Below, in pieces: positions 13,101-26,140 of a DNA stretch of 64,000 nt. Positions within the stretch are counted from its first letter, which is position 1. Each line of letters starts with the position of its first letter. Below the pieces are notes generated by a model. The model worked only from the letters and a program-made list of their open reading frames with translations, ran no database searches and was not told the DNA's origin. This DNA comes from Felis catus (Eukaryota): assembly GCF_018350175.1 (NCBI RefSeq), contig NC_058383.1, positions 9,798,001-9,862,000 of the forward strand, given 5' to 3'. A program made the translations under genes and the position numbers.

Positions 13101-16100
13101 GACAAGCCCAGGCGGATTTGGAACGAGAGAAAAAAGAGCTGGAAGACTCTTTCCAGCGCATAAGTGACCAGGCCCAGCGGAAGGTGAGGGGGGAGAAGTC
13201 GGGGGGGGGGGGCAAGGGAGGGGTCTGCCCGAGCTGGAGGCGGGCCTGGGGCACTAGGCCAGTGGAAAGACTGCTCCGTGGACAGCAGAAGTGGGTTAGA
13301 GCCCTACAAGTGTACTACAGGAGGCGTGAGGCAGGGACATGGTGTCCGATGCACAAGGGATTAGAGGCACGGAGCGACGAAGGGGGTCCAGCTGAGTAGG
13401 TACATCAGCAAAGGCTTGTCCAGGGTGAGTCCGGGAGGGTTGAGAGAAGTGAAAGCACCTGGGTGTCAGAGAGACTTGTGGCCAGGAGAACACCCACGAG
13501 TTGGGGGGTGGGTGGCAGTAAGAGATGTCAGATGGGGGTGCCTGGGTGGCTCAGTCAGTCAAGCGTCTGACTTCAGCTCAGGTCATGATCTCGCTGTCCA
13601 TGGGTTCGAGCCCCGCATCAGGCTCCGTGCAGACAGCACAGAATCTGGAGCCTGCTTTGGATTCTGTGTCTCCCTCTCTCTCTTCCCCTCCCCTACTCGC
13701 ATTCTATCTCTCTGTCAAAAATAAGATAAACATTTTAAAAATTTTAAAAAGAGGGGTGCCTGGGTGGCTCAGTCAGTTGAGCGTCCGACTTCGGCTCAGG
13801 TCACGATCTCGCGGTTTGTGAGTTCGAGCCCCGCGTCGGGCTCTGTGCTGACAGCTGAGAGCCTGGGGCCTGCTTCAGATTCTGTGTCTCTCTCTCTGCC
13901 CTTCCCCACTCACACCCTGTCTCTCTCTCCTTCAAAAATAAATACACATTAAAAAAATTTTTTTTAATTTTTTTAAAAAGGAAAAGGATAGTGCCTTTCA
14001 CTTTTCTGTGACCCAGAGTAGGAAATAAAATTTCACAAAGCCGTGCTCAGCCTTACCGTGTGGATGCGTGTGGTTATATTTTTTGCTTTGTTTATTTCCT
14101 TTTTTAAAATGTTAGCTGTAAATTCTCATGGGTTGCAACGGGCTCTTCAGAAAATACCACTCAGAAAAGACATTTTTAAAGAAGGGAATTGTTTCCAGAT
14201 GGTAAGATGCAGCAACATATCAGGCGTTGGGGTGGCTGAATTAACAATCCGGTTCTGTATCAGTAATGCTTCTATTTAAATAATAAGAAAGAACACCTTC
14301 TATGTGTAAGAAAAAAGAACCAGTTCTACTTTAATTAGTATCATAAGCCGAAGCGTGACATTTAGGAAATGTCCCTAAAACTCCCGTCTTTGATATTCCA
14401 CTTAGCCAGAAGACTCGTCACTATACTCTGGGTTCCCACCTCCTCCCACCCACTTTTGGGCGCATCCAATCTTGCCTCCAACAGAGCACACAAATCTCCC
14501 ATTGATAGCTTGGGGCTTGTTTTTGAGATTTTGTTTTTAAGGAATCCCTACGCCCAACGTGGACCTCCAACTCACCACCCAGAGATTAAGAGTTGCATGC
14601 TCTATCTACCGAGCCAGCCAGGCACCCCAGTAGCTTGGGGATTTTTACAGGTGTTTATCCCTTGCAACCGGCACCTTGATCAGAGTGCCCCTGCGTTTCT
14701 TCTCTTTCAGACTCAAGAACAGACCGAAGTACTGGACAACTTGAAGCAAGAACTTGCCACCAGCAAACAGGAACTCCAGATTGTCCAAAACAGCCTGGAA
14801 ACTTCTGCCCAGGCGAGCATCACCTCCCTTCTCTCCCTTATTTTTCCCCTCTGGCTTGGGCACCGCCGTCACCCGGCGGCCAGCTCCATCCAGCAGCTGG
14901 CCAAGCTGGTCCCAGCCGTGCTCTGTGTGTGATTGGGGAGGGTGAAGGTGGCGGCTTAGAGATACCACCTGCTGTTGCGTGTGGCCTGCTGGCGGGTCTG
15001 GACTCCTGGGAAGCGGACAGTTTGATTCTCCCTCTTCCCACGTGGCCGACATTACAGGCAGAAGCCAAATGGGCAGTGCAGCTCGCGGAACTAGAGAAGG
15101 AACGGAGCGGGTTGGTGCACACTGTGGCCCTCCGGGAGGAGGAGTTATCTGCTCTTCAGGAACAGCTGGAACTCGCCCGGCGGGAACTGTCCAGCACACA
15201 GGCAAGTAACAGACGCCTGCTGGGTGCCCGGGTCCGAGCCGTGGGCCTCGGTGATGTATCCGTGGAGGCGGGGAGCTGGGGACGGTCGGTGAAAACCGTC
15301 TGGGGCCTCTGGGCTGATCGTGAAGGCATTCTGTGGGCACAGCACTGCACACCGGCGTGCTCTGCATCACCCCCAGAGCAGATGAGGGACAGCCAGGCTC
15401 CCTGTCTTCACAAGAGAAGCACTGTGCGCGGTACTCCCCCCAGGCGCGGAGAATGGGTTACAGGAGGTCCATCCCCATAGCTTCCTGTGTTGCACGCCTG
15501 TGGACCAAGGGAAAGGGTCGTTCTCTGTGGCAGGCGAACTGGCTTGGGCCTCCTTAGCCGCAACTTGAGTTAAGATGCCGGAATCCCAGCTGCATCAAGA
15601 TGGCTGCTGTTCGAAGGCCCATGACGGGGTCTGTGTCAGATTCTCACCTCCCTGGACCATTTCTAGGAGTCAGTGTGCCAGCTCGCCAAGGACCAACGCA
15701 AAATGCTTCTGGTGGAGACCAGGAAGGCTGCGGAGCGGGTGATACAAGAGGCCCTGCGGCAGCTGGAGGAGCCCCCTCTGATCAGCTGTGCCGGATCTGC
15801 AGGTACGTCCCCCTGTCCTGGTTGCACACGTGAATCCTTAAAGCCCGTTGCCGTTGGGTGTTGACATTGAACCCCAGCGACACTGAGAGCGGGGGTCCTC
15901 GGCCTGCTGCCTGTCAGAGTCGCCTGGTGATGACCAGTCCCCACTCTAAGATCAGTTCAGCCGGAAGCTGTGTGGCCCAGGGCCTCAGTGGTAGTACTTT
16001 CTGAAGCCCCCAGTTGTGATAAGGACTGCTCTGTGCAGTGGGTCACGCTAACGAAACTCTCCCTGGGAGCAGAGCCCTGATGACGACTCTAAGCGTCAGG

Positions 16101-18536
16101 GGGTGGAGGAGCAGACGGCCCTGCGTCTCTGAACAGAAAAACGTGGTCTGAATGAAGAGGTGGTTGCTCAGGAGCTTCAAGCCCACACGGGGAGCACCAT
16201 GATGTATGGCGGGGCAGAAACAATGAGAATACCCATGCAGTCGCAGGCTATGAACGGGGCCCGCTCTGCAAGGTCAAGAGTCCTAAGGGCATGCTGATTG
16301 GGCAGCAGTCGGAACTGGAGAAGCCCACCGGATGAGAGGAGGGCCAGGGGCGCCTGGGTGGCTCAGTGGGTTAAGCATCCGACTTCGGCTCAGGTCATGA
16401 TCTCACGGTTTGTGAGTTCGAGCCCCACATCAGGTCCTCTGCTGTCAGCACAGAGCCCGCTTTGTATCCACCGCCCCCCCCCCTCAAAAATAAACATAAA
16501 AAAAAAAAAAAAGATGTAAAAAAGAGAGGAGGGCCTTCATGCACAGTAGTAGGTAGCAGGGCATCCAGGCCCAGGACATTGGTGACGTCATGTGTAGTTG
16601 CTGGCGAAGTAACGAGAGGACCCACTGAGAACAAAGGCGGATGGAAGGGAACAGCTGATAGTTGATTTTCATTATCGAATAGAAACGTCTCCATTCGGTG
16701 ACGTGTACAGCCAGGACTGTCCTATCTTATTCGCCGGGGAAGCCATCTGTAATGGCTTCCATTACGGCAGCCCCGAATGAAGGAGCACACAGTGCCCCGC
16801 CAACCGGGGAAATGCCAGGAAATGGGGCAGCCGTGGGCAGGTTCTGAGAAGAGACTTCATGAGCCGGGGGTTTGACAGAAGAGGACAGTCATGAGCCAGT
16901 GGAGGAGCAGAAACGTGGGCATTGTAAGCGCTTCACATACCTCGGCCCAGCGAATCCTCACGATGGCGCCGTGAGGTGGTGCCGTTACTCCGTCTTCAGA
17001 TGAGGAAGCTGGCACGGACGGCCTGAGAGCATAGCCAGTGGTGGTGGGGCCCGGAGCCACACCGATGCAGTGTGACCTGAGCGCCCACATATTAACTCCT
17101 ACGGGACACGGTCTCTGTGGACCAGGGCACAGAGGCACAGAGTGGGGACGGCTGTGTTGCGTGCACAGCATGAGCCTAGATTCGCCTCACGGAGCCAGGG
17201 GTCTGGGCTCGAGAGTGATGAGAGTCCAAGGGCCTTGAAAGACTTAACAGGAAGGCCCGGATTTGATTTGGCGGCAGTAATGAGAAGTGAGAGGCTGATT
17301 CTCGGCTGCTGCCGTGGTTGCCCTGGTTCTTGGCTCAGGGACCAGATGGGCTCAGAAGAACAGCTTTTGAAGCTGCATTAAGAGAGTCGTGTACCTGCAG
17401 AGTCAACCATCTCCGCCCCCACCCCCCATCTTAGGGCACCCCCCGCAGGGCTGAGGCCACTTGCTAGGCAGCCTCATCCACTGGGTGGCTCGACCTCACG
17501 GGGAGAAAGTGACTCCAACACCAGTGGCTCTGACTCTGCCCTGTCTCCCCTCTCACAGATCACCTTCTTTCCAAGGTCAAGTCTGTTTCCAGCTGCATTG
17601 AGCAACTGGAAAAAAGCTGGAGCCAGTATCTGGCCTGCCCGGAAGGTAAGAAAGGCGAAGGACGGGGTCTGTTGCTAGTGACGGCTGGGCAGAGTTCAGA
17701 AACGCTTGCCTGCGGAAATAACAACCAGGCCCTATGCTCCAAGAAAGGGGTGCATATAACTTGTCAAGCAGGGAAGGAGGTAGGGCGGTAACGGCTCGTG
17801 AACAGTGCTGAGAAACCCCCTTTACACTCCTGGCAGATATCAGTGAGCTTCTCCGCTCGGTAACCCTCCTGGCCCACCTGACCAGTGACACCATGGCTGA
17901 TGTTAGCACCACCTGCCTTCGAGCCCCACCGGAGCCTGCTGACTGTGAGCACTGGGGCTGGGGGGGCCAGTCTTATAAGCAGGGGGAGCGGAGGACTCAA
18001 AGGTTTTGGTTGTCTTACGTCTCCAGCACTGACCGAGGCCTGCAAACAGTTTGGCAAGGAAACCCTCACGTATCTGGCCTTCCTGGGGGAAGAAGGAATG
18101 CTTGAGAATGACAGCACAGCCATGAAAAGCTGCCTCAGTAAGATCTCCGCCATTGGCGAGGTAGGACCAGTGTCCCAACCGGGGGGAGTTACGATGGTTC
18201 TTGGGTGAGTGCCGGTGATGGCCCAGGGAGTCAGTGATGTCCGAAGCCAGTTCTTTCTGGCTTTCCACTTGACTCCAGAAAGTGAGAGTTGGGGCACCTG
18301 GGTGGCTCAGTAGGTTAAGCGTCCGTCTTCAGCTCAGGTCATGACCTCACAGTTTGTGAGTTTGGGCTCCGTGTCAGACTCTGTGCTGACAGCTCGGAGC
18401 CTGGAGCCTGCTTCGGATTCTCTGTCTCCCTCTCTCTCCGCCCACTCCCCGACTTGTGCTCTGTCTCTCCAAAATAAACAATGTTGAAAGAAAAGAAAAG
18501 AGAGAAAGAGAGAAAGAGAAAAAGAGAGAGAGAGAG

Positions 18537-18603
<67 letters not shown>

Positions 18604-21600
18604 AAAAGAGAGAGAGAGAGAGAGAGCTGACACTGAAAAATCCGACCCTCTGACCAATTTTCCAGTCATATTTCATTCATCGGCTATGAGTTGAGAACCT
18701 ACTGTGTGTTCATCGCTATGCTAAACAATATCAAAAAAGAATAAGCATAGTTTCTCTGTTTTCAAGGATTTGTATCCGGTTGGGCAGGTAACACCTAACA
18801 TGGAGATAGCAGGATATTTATTGATTTAATAAAGATGTGGTGAGCATGTCATGTGTAGTGGGAATTGTGGTAGATGTAGTTGTACGGAGACAGGCCATCG
18901 TCTCTCTGGGAAAGAAAAATAAGGAAATCATCCATTTTGATACAGTGGGACAAGAGCAGTAATCAAGTCTGTTTTAAGAGTTCAGTACAAGGCCGCATTT
19001 ACTTAATTCCAAAAATGTGTCATGATATCAATTCCAGGGAGGGAAGAGATCAGGGCCAGAGTTCAGATTTTCGTCATCCCTCAGCGCAACTCTTAAAGCA
19101 GGCTTCTGGTTCGTTTTTCTGCCTCTGGTCTCTTTTTCCTCTGATCTCTTCCAAAAACAAAGATCGTTGGATGACAAAAATCAAATCACATAAGGTGACG
19201 TGCAAGGACCGTCACAGTCTGGCCCTTATTCATTTTTCTGGGTCCCTCTCCCCCTTTTCCGCCTTCACGTTACAGAGTTGGTGGCTAGTGCCACAGGGTA
19301 CCTGCCTGCCTGTCTCTTTCCCCGATGAGTCTTCAAAGGTAGAGCCCGTACCCTTTTTCCATTGTCCCTTGGTCCCTGGCATGATATCTGGCAGGTGGTT
19401 TACACCCAGTGAATGTTTAACTAATTGAATATGCACATGGAGAGAGCAAAGCAGTTACAAAGATCGGATAGAGAGGAAGGTTCATACTGGGGAGAAGTGG
19501 GACGACGAGGTAGGGGTCCGTGAAGGTCTGGATGAAGGAAGACTGGATAACGGTGAATTGCTAACCCTTCTTTCAATAGAATGACATGATCCTGGTGGTA
19601 TTTTAGTAGTATTAAATTCCTGATGGCGGCCAAGAGCATTGCCACCGTCTGCCTTTTGCTGGAGACAGAGCATCTTCTCCCGTGCTGTGCAGAACTCGGT
19701 GTCGGTATACACACACAAAAGCCTGTAGGACACCGTGAGGTGAGGAAATAAGAATCGAGTTAATTTAAAAAAGCAAAGTGTGAGAGCAAGATCCTGGGCA
19801 GGTTTTCTTTCCGGCAGTAAGACTGACCAAATATTTAGAAGCTCTTCCCAGCACAAGACATGGAAAAAGCCAAATAAAACTGGGGGGGGGGGATGTTAAT
19901 TGAATCTGAACTGGCCGAAAACTAAGGAAATTCTCAGAATCAGAAACCAAGAGGACGCAGGAACTGGTGTTTGTCCATCTCTTGGCCTAGAGCTTGGATT
20001 TTAATGGGCCACACATACATTGGAGACTGAAAAACAAAACATAAGCCCGAGTAAGGTGAAAGTTTGGAATGCAGAGACTTCCTCCCCAAAGCAGAACTCC
20101 AAAAGGTCACACCCCAAGTAAGTGGGGGGGGGGGGGGGGGGAAAGCCTACTCTGTTGGAGAGATCTTGTCTCAACCTCAGTTGTAGGGGGAGAAGGAAAC
20201 ACGGCTGCCTAGGGAATTTCTGACTACAAGCCACCTTTCTATGGTTTCAGGGTCCAAATCTCCTACTACCTGTGTGACCTGAAAAAACCCAAACAGAAAA
20301 TCAAATATAGGGCGCCTGTTACACGTCGGTTACGTGTCTGACTTCATCTCAGGTCATGATCTCGCAGTTTGTGAGTTTGAGGCTGGAGCCTGCTTTGGCT
20401 TCTGTGTCTCCCGCTCTCTCTGCCCCTCCCCTTTCATGCTCTGTCTCTCAAAAATAAATTTAAAAAAATTTTTTTTTAATTTAAAAAAAAAAGAAAGAAA
20501 ACTAAATGTAAAGTAGTCAGATTTTTAGGAGCCCAAGTACCTGGCGGAAGCAGATCCAAACGGTCTCTGAAGGAATATACTTTGAACCTGAATCCCAAAG
20601 AACTTTCACAGAGTCCCAATGCACATCACTTCACCATGAGTGTGTTTGACGTGTTCCAGAACGTTTCTTTTTTAAGTTTATTTATTTAGTTTTGAGAGAG
20701 AGAGAGAGCATGAACAGGAAAGGGGCAGAGAGAGAGGGAGAGAGAATCCCAAGCGGGCTCTGAGCTGACAGCGTGAGATTATGACCTGAGCCAAAGTCAG
20801 ACACTTGACCGACTGAGGCGACTCCAAGTACTTTTTAAAAGACATTAAAAGCGTGGCAAAGGAATAAGACATTTTCAAAAATGACCAGATATATTTGATA
20901 AACAACCATGGGACTTCTAGAAATGAAAAATATAATCATTGAAAGTCAGAACTCAGTATACAGATTCAACAGCAGGTTAAACAAAGCTAGAGAAAGAATT
21001 AGTGGGCTGGATGATAGAACTGAAGGAATTATATAGAATGTGGCACAGATTTTATAAACTAGAGTACAGAAGTTATAGGTAGAATGATTAGTCAGGGTTC
21101 CAGATGAAGACAATAGAAAGACTATGTCCTTTTCTCCCCCAAGTAACATTTTTAGTTCTAAGTGTTACAGACTTTTCTCCTACACCTGCTTTTTCCAGCA
21201 TTCTGTGTGTGAGGTTCATCCGTACAGATACATTCATTTTCACTGCTCTGTAATATTCTGTCGTGTGACTATAGCTCAAATTATATATCTATTACATATC
21301 TGTTTACACTTATTTATCTATCTGTCACATAGCTAGATGTCTATGGCTGATGAACATTTGGGTTCTTTCCAGTTTGAGGCTGTCTCACAAATGTGCCATA
21401 TGGTCACTTGTGTAAATATCTCCTGATGTAAGAGTTTCTCTAGTGCATTTGCCTAGGGATAGAATGACTACATTACAGGGGCGGCTGGGTGGCTCAGTCG
21501 GCTAAGCGTCTTGACTCTTGGTTTTGGCTCAGGTCACAATCTCACAGTTTCATTAGGTTGAGCCCCATGTCAGACTCTATGCCGACAGCACAGAGCCTGC

Positions 21601-24600
21601 TTAGGATTCTCCCTCTTTCCTTCTCTCTTCCCCTCCCCTACTTGCTCTGTCTCTCTGTCTCTCTCTCTCTCTGTCTCTCTCTCTCTCTCAAAATAAATAA
21701 ACTTAAAAAAATAATAATTCCTACATTATAGAACAAATCTCACACACAATGCCGAACGAACAAGCAAAATACATACGGTAGGATTCCTTTTAAATAAAGA
21801 CCAATATATGCATACTTAACATTATACTGTTTAAGGATACATTCTTTATGGAGCTTTAAAAAAAAGACATGACAGGGACACCTGGGTAGCTCAGTCAGTT
21901 GAGCATCCAGTTTCGGCTCAGGTCATGATCTCATGGTTTGTGAGTTTGAGCCCTGCATCGGGCTCTGAGCTGACAGCTCAGAGCCTGGAACCTGCTTCAG
22001 ATTTCGTGTCTCCCATCTCTCTGTCCCTCCCCGCTTGCACTCTGTCTCTCTCTCAAAAATAAATAAGCATTAAAAATAATAATAATAGGGGCGCCTGGGT
22101 GGCGCAGTCGGTTGGGCGTCCAACTTCAGCCAGGTCACGATCTCGCGGTCTGTGAGTTCGAGCCCCGCATCAGGCTCTGGGCTGATGGCTCGGAGCCTGG
22201 AGCCTGTTTCCGATTCTGTGTCTCCCTCTCTCTCTGCCCCTCCCCCGTTCATGCTCTGTCTCTCTCTGTCCCAAAAATAAATAAAAACGTTGAAAAAAAA
22301 ATTTTTTTAAATAATAATAATAATAAAAGGATATGATAAAGCATTCTCCTGAATTCTGTGTTTATCTTAAGGTAGGGAATAGGGATGTCAGGAAATGGAA
22401 TTAGAACAGGATACAAAGGAAATTTCAAAGGTACTGATGTTTCTTAAGCTATTCCTTAGGTCGGGTGGTAGATACATGGGTCATTGTTCTTATTCTTTTT
22501 TTTTTTATGTTTATTTATTTTTGAGAGAGACAGAGACAGAGAGAGAGAGCATGAGTGGACGAGGGGCAGAGAGAGAGAGAGGGAGACCCAGAACCTGAAG
22601 CAGGCTTCAGGCTCTGAGCTGTCAGCACAGTGCCTGACACGGGGCTCGAACCCACGAACCACGAGATCATGACCTGAGCCAAAGTTGGACGCTTAACCAC
22701 CTGAGCCATCCAGGCACCCTGTTTCTTATTCTTTAAACCATTCATACCTGTTTTATACTCTTGGAGGCATGACACATAATATTTTCAGAATTCACAGACT
22801 TTGCCATCAGACCTGAGTTCGGATCCCTGCTCTGCCATTCATTAGCAGTGTGACTGTGGTCAAGACCTCTCTGAGCCTTGGCTTCCCATCCGTAGAACAG
22901 GACGAGTCACTGCCTCATGATTGCTGTAGACACAGAGTTAAATAAGAGGCAGAGTGTTGGTTGGAAGGCATCACCCACATTTGAAGAGGTTTTTGACATA
23001 CCTCCCAAGCCTCAAATACAATCAACACTGTGCAGCTGTGGGGTCAGGGTCCAAGCAGCCGCAACTGAATGGCCTTGTGGGGTTAGGCAGGGTGGCTTTC
23101 TGGAAGGAGGGGGGGGGGGTTTCAGCGAAAGGGGGGTGTGGAGCGTGAGGGTTTACGCAGTAGCGAGTTCTAGATGAGGCCTGGCCAGGATGCCCCTCCC
23201 TGGGTTCTACAAGCGCGTTGCATAGTGGGACCTTCCCCTCCTACCTTCTGCCACCATGCGAGGACTATGGGTCTGTCGGGGAGGAATGGAGAGGAAGCCA
23301 AAGGGTCGTTTCAGCCTCTGTGCTGCCGTTCGCAGGAGCTCCTGCCCAGAGGCCTGGACATCAAGCAGGAGGAGCTGGGGGACCTGGTGGACAAGGAGAT
23401 GGCTGCCACGTCAGCTGCCATTGAAACTGCCACGGCCAGGATAGAGGTATGGGAGCGTCTGCCCGTCTCCTAAAGCCAGGCCCTTGCAGCTTCCTCGGGT
23501 GTGACATTGCCCGTGGGACGCGTCTCAGTTGTCCGTCCAGGCCACAGATGGCCCCTGTAAGACCAACCCCAACCCAAACTCCCCAGGCTCCCTGAGGCAT
23601 AGAAAAGGAGAAGGTCCTCACCTCCTTCGGTGTGAGGCCATCCTGCGTTACGGTTCCAGCCGGACCGCTTGTTCGTCGTGTGACTTGTGACGGGTTGTTC
23701 CGTTAGCCTCGCTCAGATTCCATTTCTAGATGATGGCAGTGATAATAGTGCTTGCTTGCCTCAGAGGGGCGTTGGAAGAGTTAAATGAGATAATGCACAT
23801 TTATCTTCGTGCCAGGCGCGCGCCAACAGTTCCGATTGTGTCGGGGAAGAGCTGAGTGGGCACCATTGGAAAGGTCACATATTGTTCCTTTGGTGGAAGG
23901 CTGCAGGCTGCCCACCTTGGTTTGCCCCTAGCCGCTGCCCCCTCTGGAGGTGCAATATCTCAGAGTTCTGTGCACATCGGCCTGGGTGCCAGAAAGTCAA
24001 GACGGGCACTCAACGGACAGGAGAGCCAGCCTGCCGGGGGCTGCTTCTCGCTGACTAGATCGGAGGTCTGGGCTCTTTTCCCAACCCACCAGGACGTGGA
24101 TGGGCGTTTCTGGATTTGGGTTTCTCAGCTACCACGGGGTGTTGGACACAAGGTGCTTCAGGACGCCAGTGAGTGCTCCGTGCCCGTGATGTATTGAGAT
24201 ACCCTGCTTGTTTTCAACAGGAGATGCTCAGCAAATCCCGAGCTGGGGACACAGGAGTCAAATTGGAGGTGAACGAAAGGTCAGTCTACACAGTGTGGTG
24301 GTGCCTAGGTGATCAGGATCAGTCTCTCCTGCATTGGATTGTATTAATTACAATAGGACATTAGCAGCCACAGGCATTGGCTGAGTCTGTATAATTGTCG
24401 ATAACGGTATTCTTAATAATATTGCTGTTGCATTTTAGGGGAAAAGAAACCCCAAGAATCATCACATAACTGTCTGCGGTCAAGTCTCCTCACTCACGTA
24501 CCTTTCCTCCAAGGCTTCACCGCACCCCCAACCCCCCTCCTTCTGCCCCCCCCCGCCACCGTATTCCCCACCCCCTTTCCCATCCCAAGTTTGCCTGTGT

Positions 24601-26091
24601 TTAGGCATGAAAAAGAAAAACGTCTGTTTCATAGCTCTTGGTCTCTGTTCTGTGTCCCTGACCTTTTTTTTTCCCCCCTAGGATCCTTGGTTCCTGTACG
24701 AGCCTAATGCAAGCCATCCAGGTCCTGATTGTGGCCTCTAAGGACCTCCAGAGAGAGATAGTGGAGAGTGGCCGGGTAAGCGCGGCTGAGGGCCCCTGGA
24801 TGGGGGGACCAGACATCATTCACAGACTCCCAGTTCACTGGGAGGCTCTGTCCACTCCACACACTCATCCACCTTCGGTCAAATCCACGGCTGCTGCCAT
24901 CTTGTCCCATGTGTCCATCTGAGGGCGTGGTTCCCTTTCCCCGGGCCGAGCACAGATGCCATGGGAATCTGGGGCACTGCCAGGTCCCCAGGGAGCAGTC
25001 AGCCCCAGCCTCCAGCTGCAGGCTCGTTAACCCAGGCGCCATCGCCAGATCCTGCTCTGGAAACTCCGCGTGCATTGAAAGTCTGGGCCCTTGGAGGAGG
25101 AGGGGAGGGCTTTTGAAAAGTGGGCAAATGAGAAGAGCCAGCCTGGTGCTGACCTTTCATAGCGGGTGGGGCCATGTCTGTTTCTGACGGTGGAATCCAC
25201 TCCTCGCAGACAGACTCTATCCCAGTTTCTGGTCAGCATCATCGCTTGGCTTTCTCAGTCCTCTGCACGCAGTCCTACTGCCGTGTTTCCTTCTCACACC
25301 TGCGTGCAGTGCAGCTCAGGAGACAGAGGTCCAGGGAGGGATTCCGGAGCCCGAAAACTATCCTGTATTTTTTTAATGTTTATTTATTTACTTAGAGAGA
25401 GAGAGAGAGAGTGGGAGAGAGGGGCAGAAAGAGGATCCCAAACAGGCTCCGCACTGTCAGCACAGAGCCCGATGCTGGGCTCGATCCCATGAACCGTGAG
25501 GTCACGACCTGAGCCGAAACCAAGATTCAGACACTTGACCGACTGCACCACCCAGGCGCCCCCTGAAAACTATCCTTTAGAGAACGAAGCCGTATCTGCT
25601 TTGATGGTGGTGCTTCTTACCAGTCTGGGAGGGGATGGTTTCTGCCCCCCGAAAATAGAGACAGGGACTGAGTAAGGAGAGCTTGGAGATTCTAAGATTA
25701 TCGTCTTAGAATTTGGAAATGGAAGACACTTCCAAAGCATGGAAGCATTTTAAAATTCCAAGCAGAAATTATTTGCTTAAATTATTCATTGTGTAGTCTC
25801 TTGGCAAATCATGGTAAGTGGTTGGACTCCAATCACGTTGTTCATCTATGCAGATGCCTATATACATATATATGTATATGTATATATACACTCTTATATA
25901 TACAATGTAGAAATGTTGTGATATAATAGAAATGCTAGGGGCTTTGGAGTCAGAAAAGCCTGGGATTTACTTCCACTTATTTCCTGCATCAACTGGAAAA
26001 GTATTATTGCCTTTCTGAATCTTAGTTTTGTCATCTGTGAAATGGGATGATAATGCTTACCTCTTGCGGTTACTATGAGGTCTGTATGGGG

Positions 26092-26140
<49 letters not shown>

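Noticed and set aside
14645..15370. 241-aa minus-strand ORF (also 11635-12183, 12220-12843 and 17764-18297)
   Set aside because: Antisense shadows of GC-rich HIP1 exons with no independent coding signal.
18880..19428. 182-aa intronic ORF
   Set aside because: TTG start, no domain resemblance, and exons 22 and 23 already join in frame without it.
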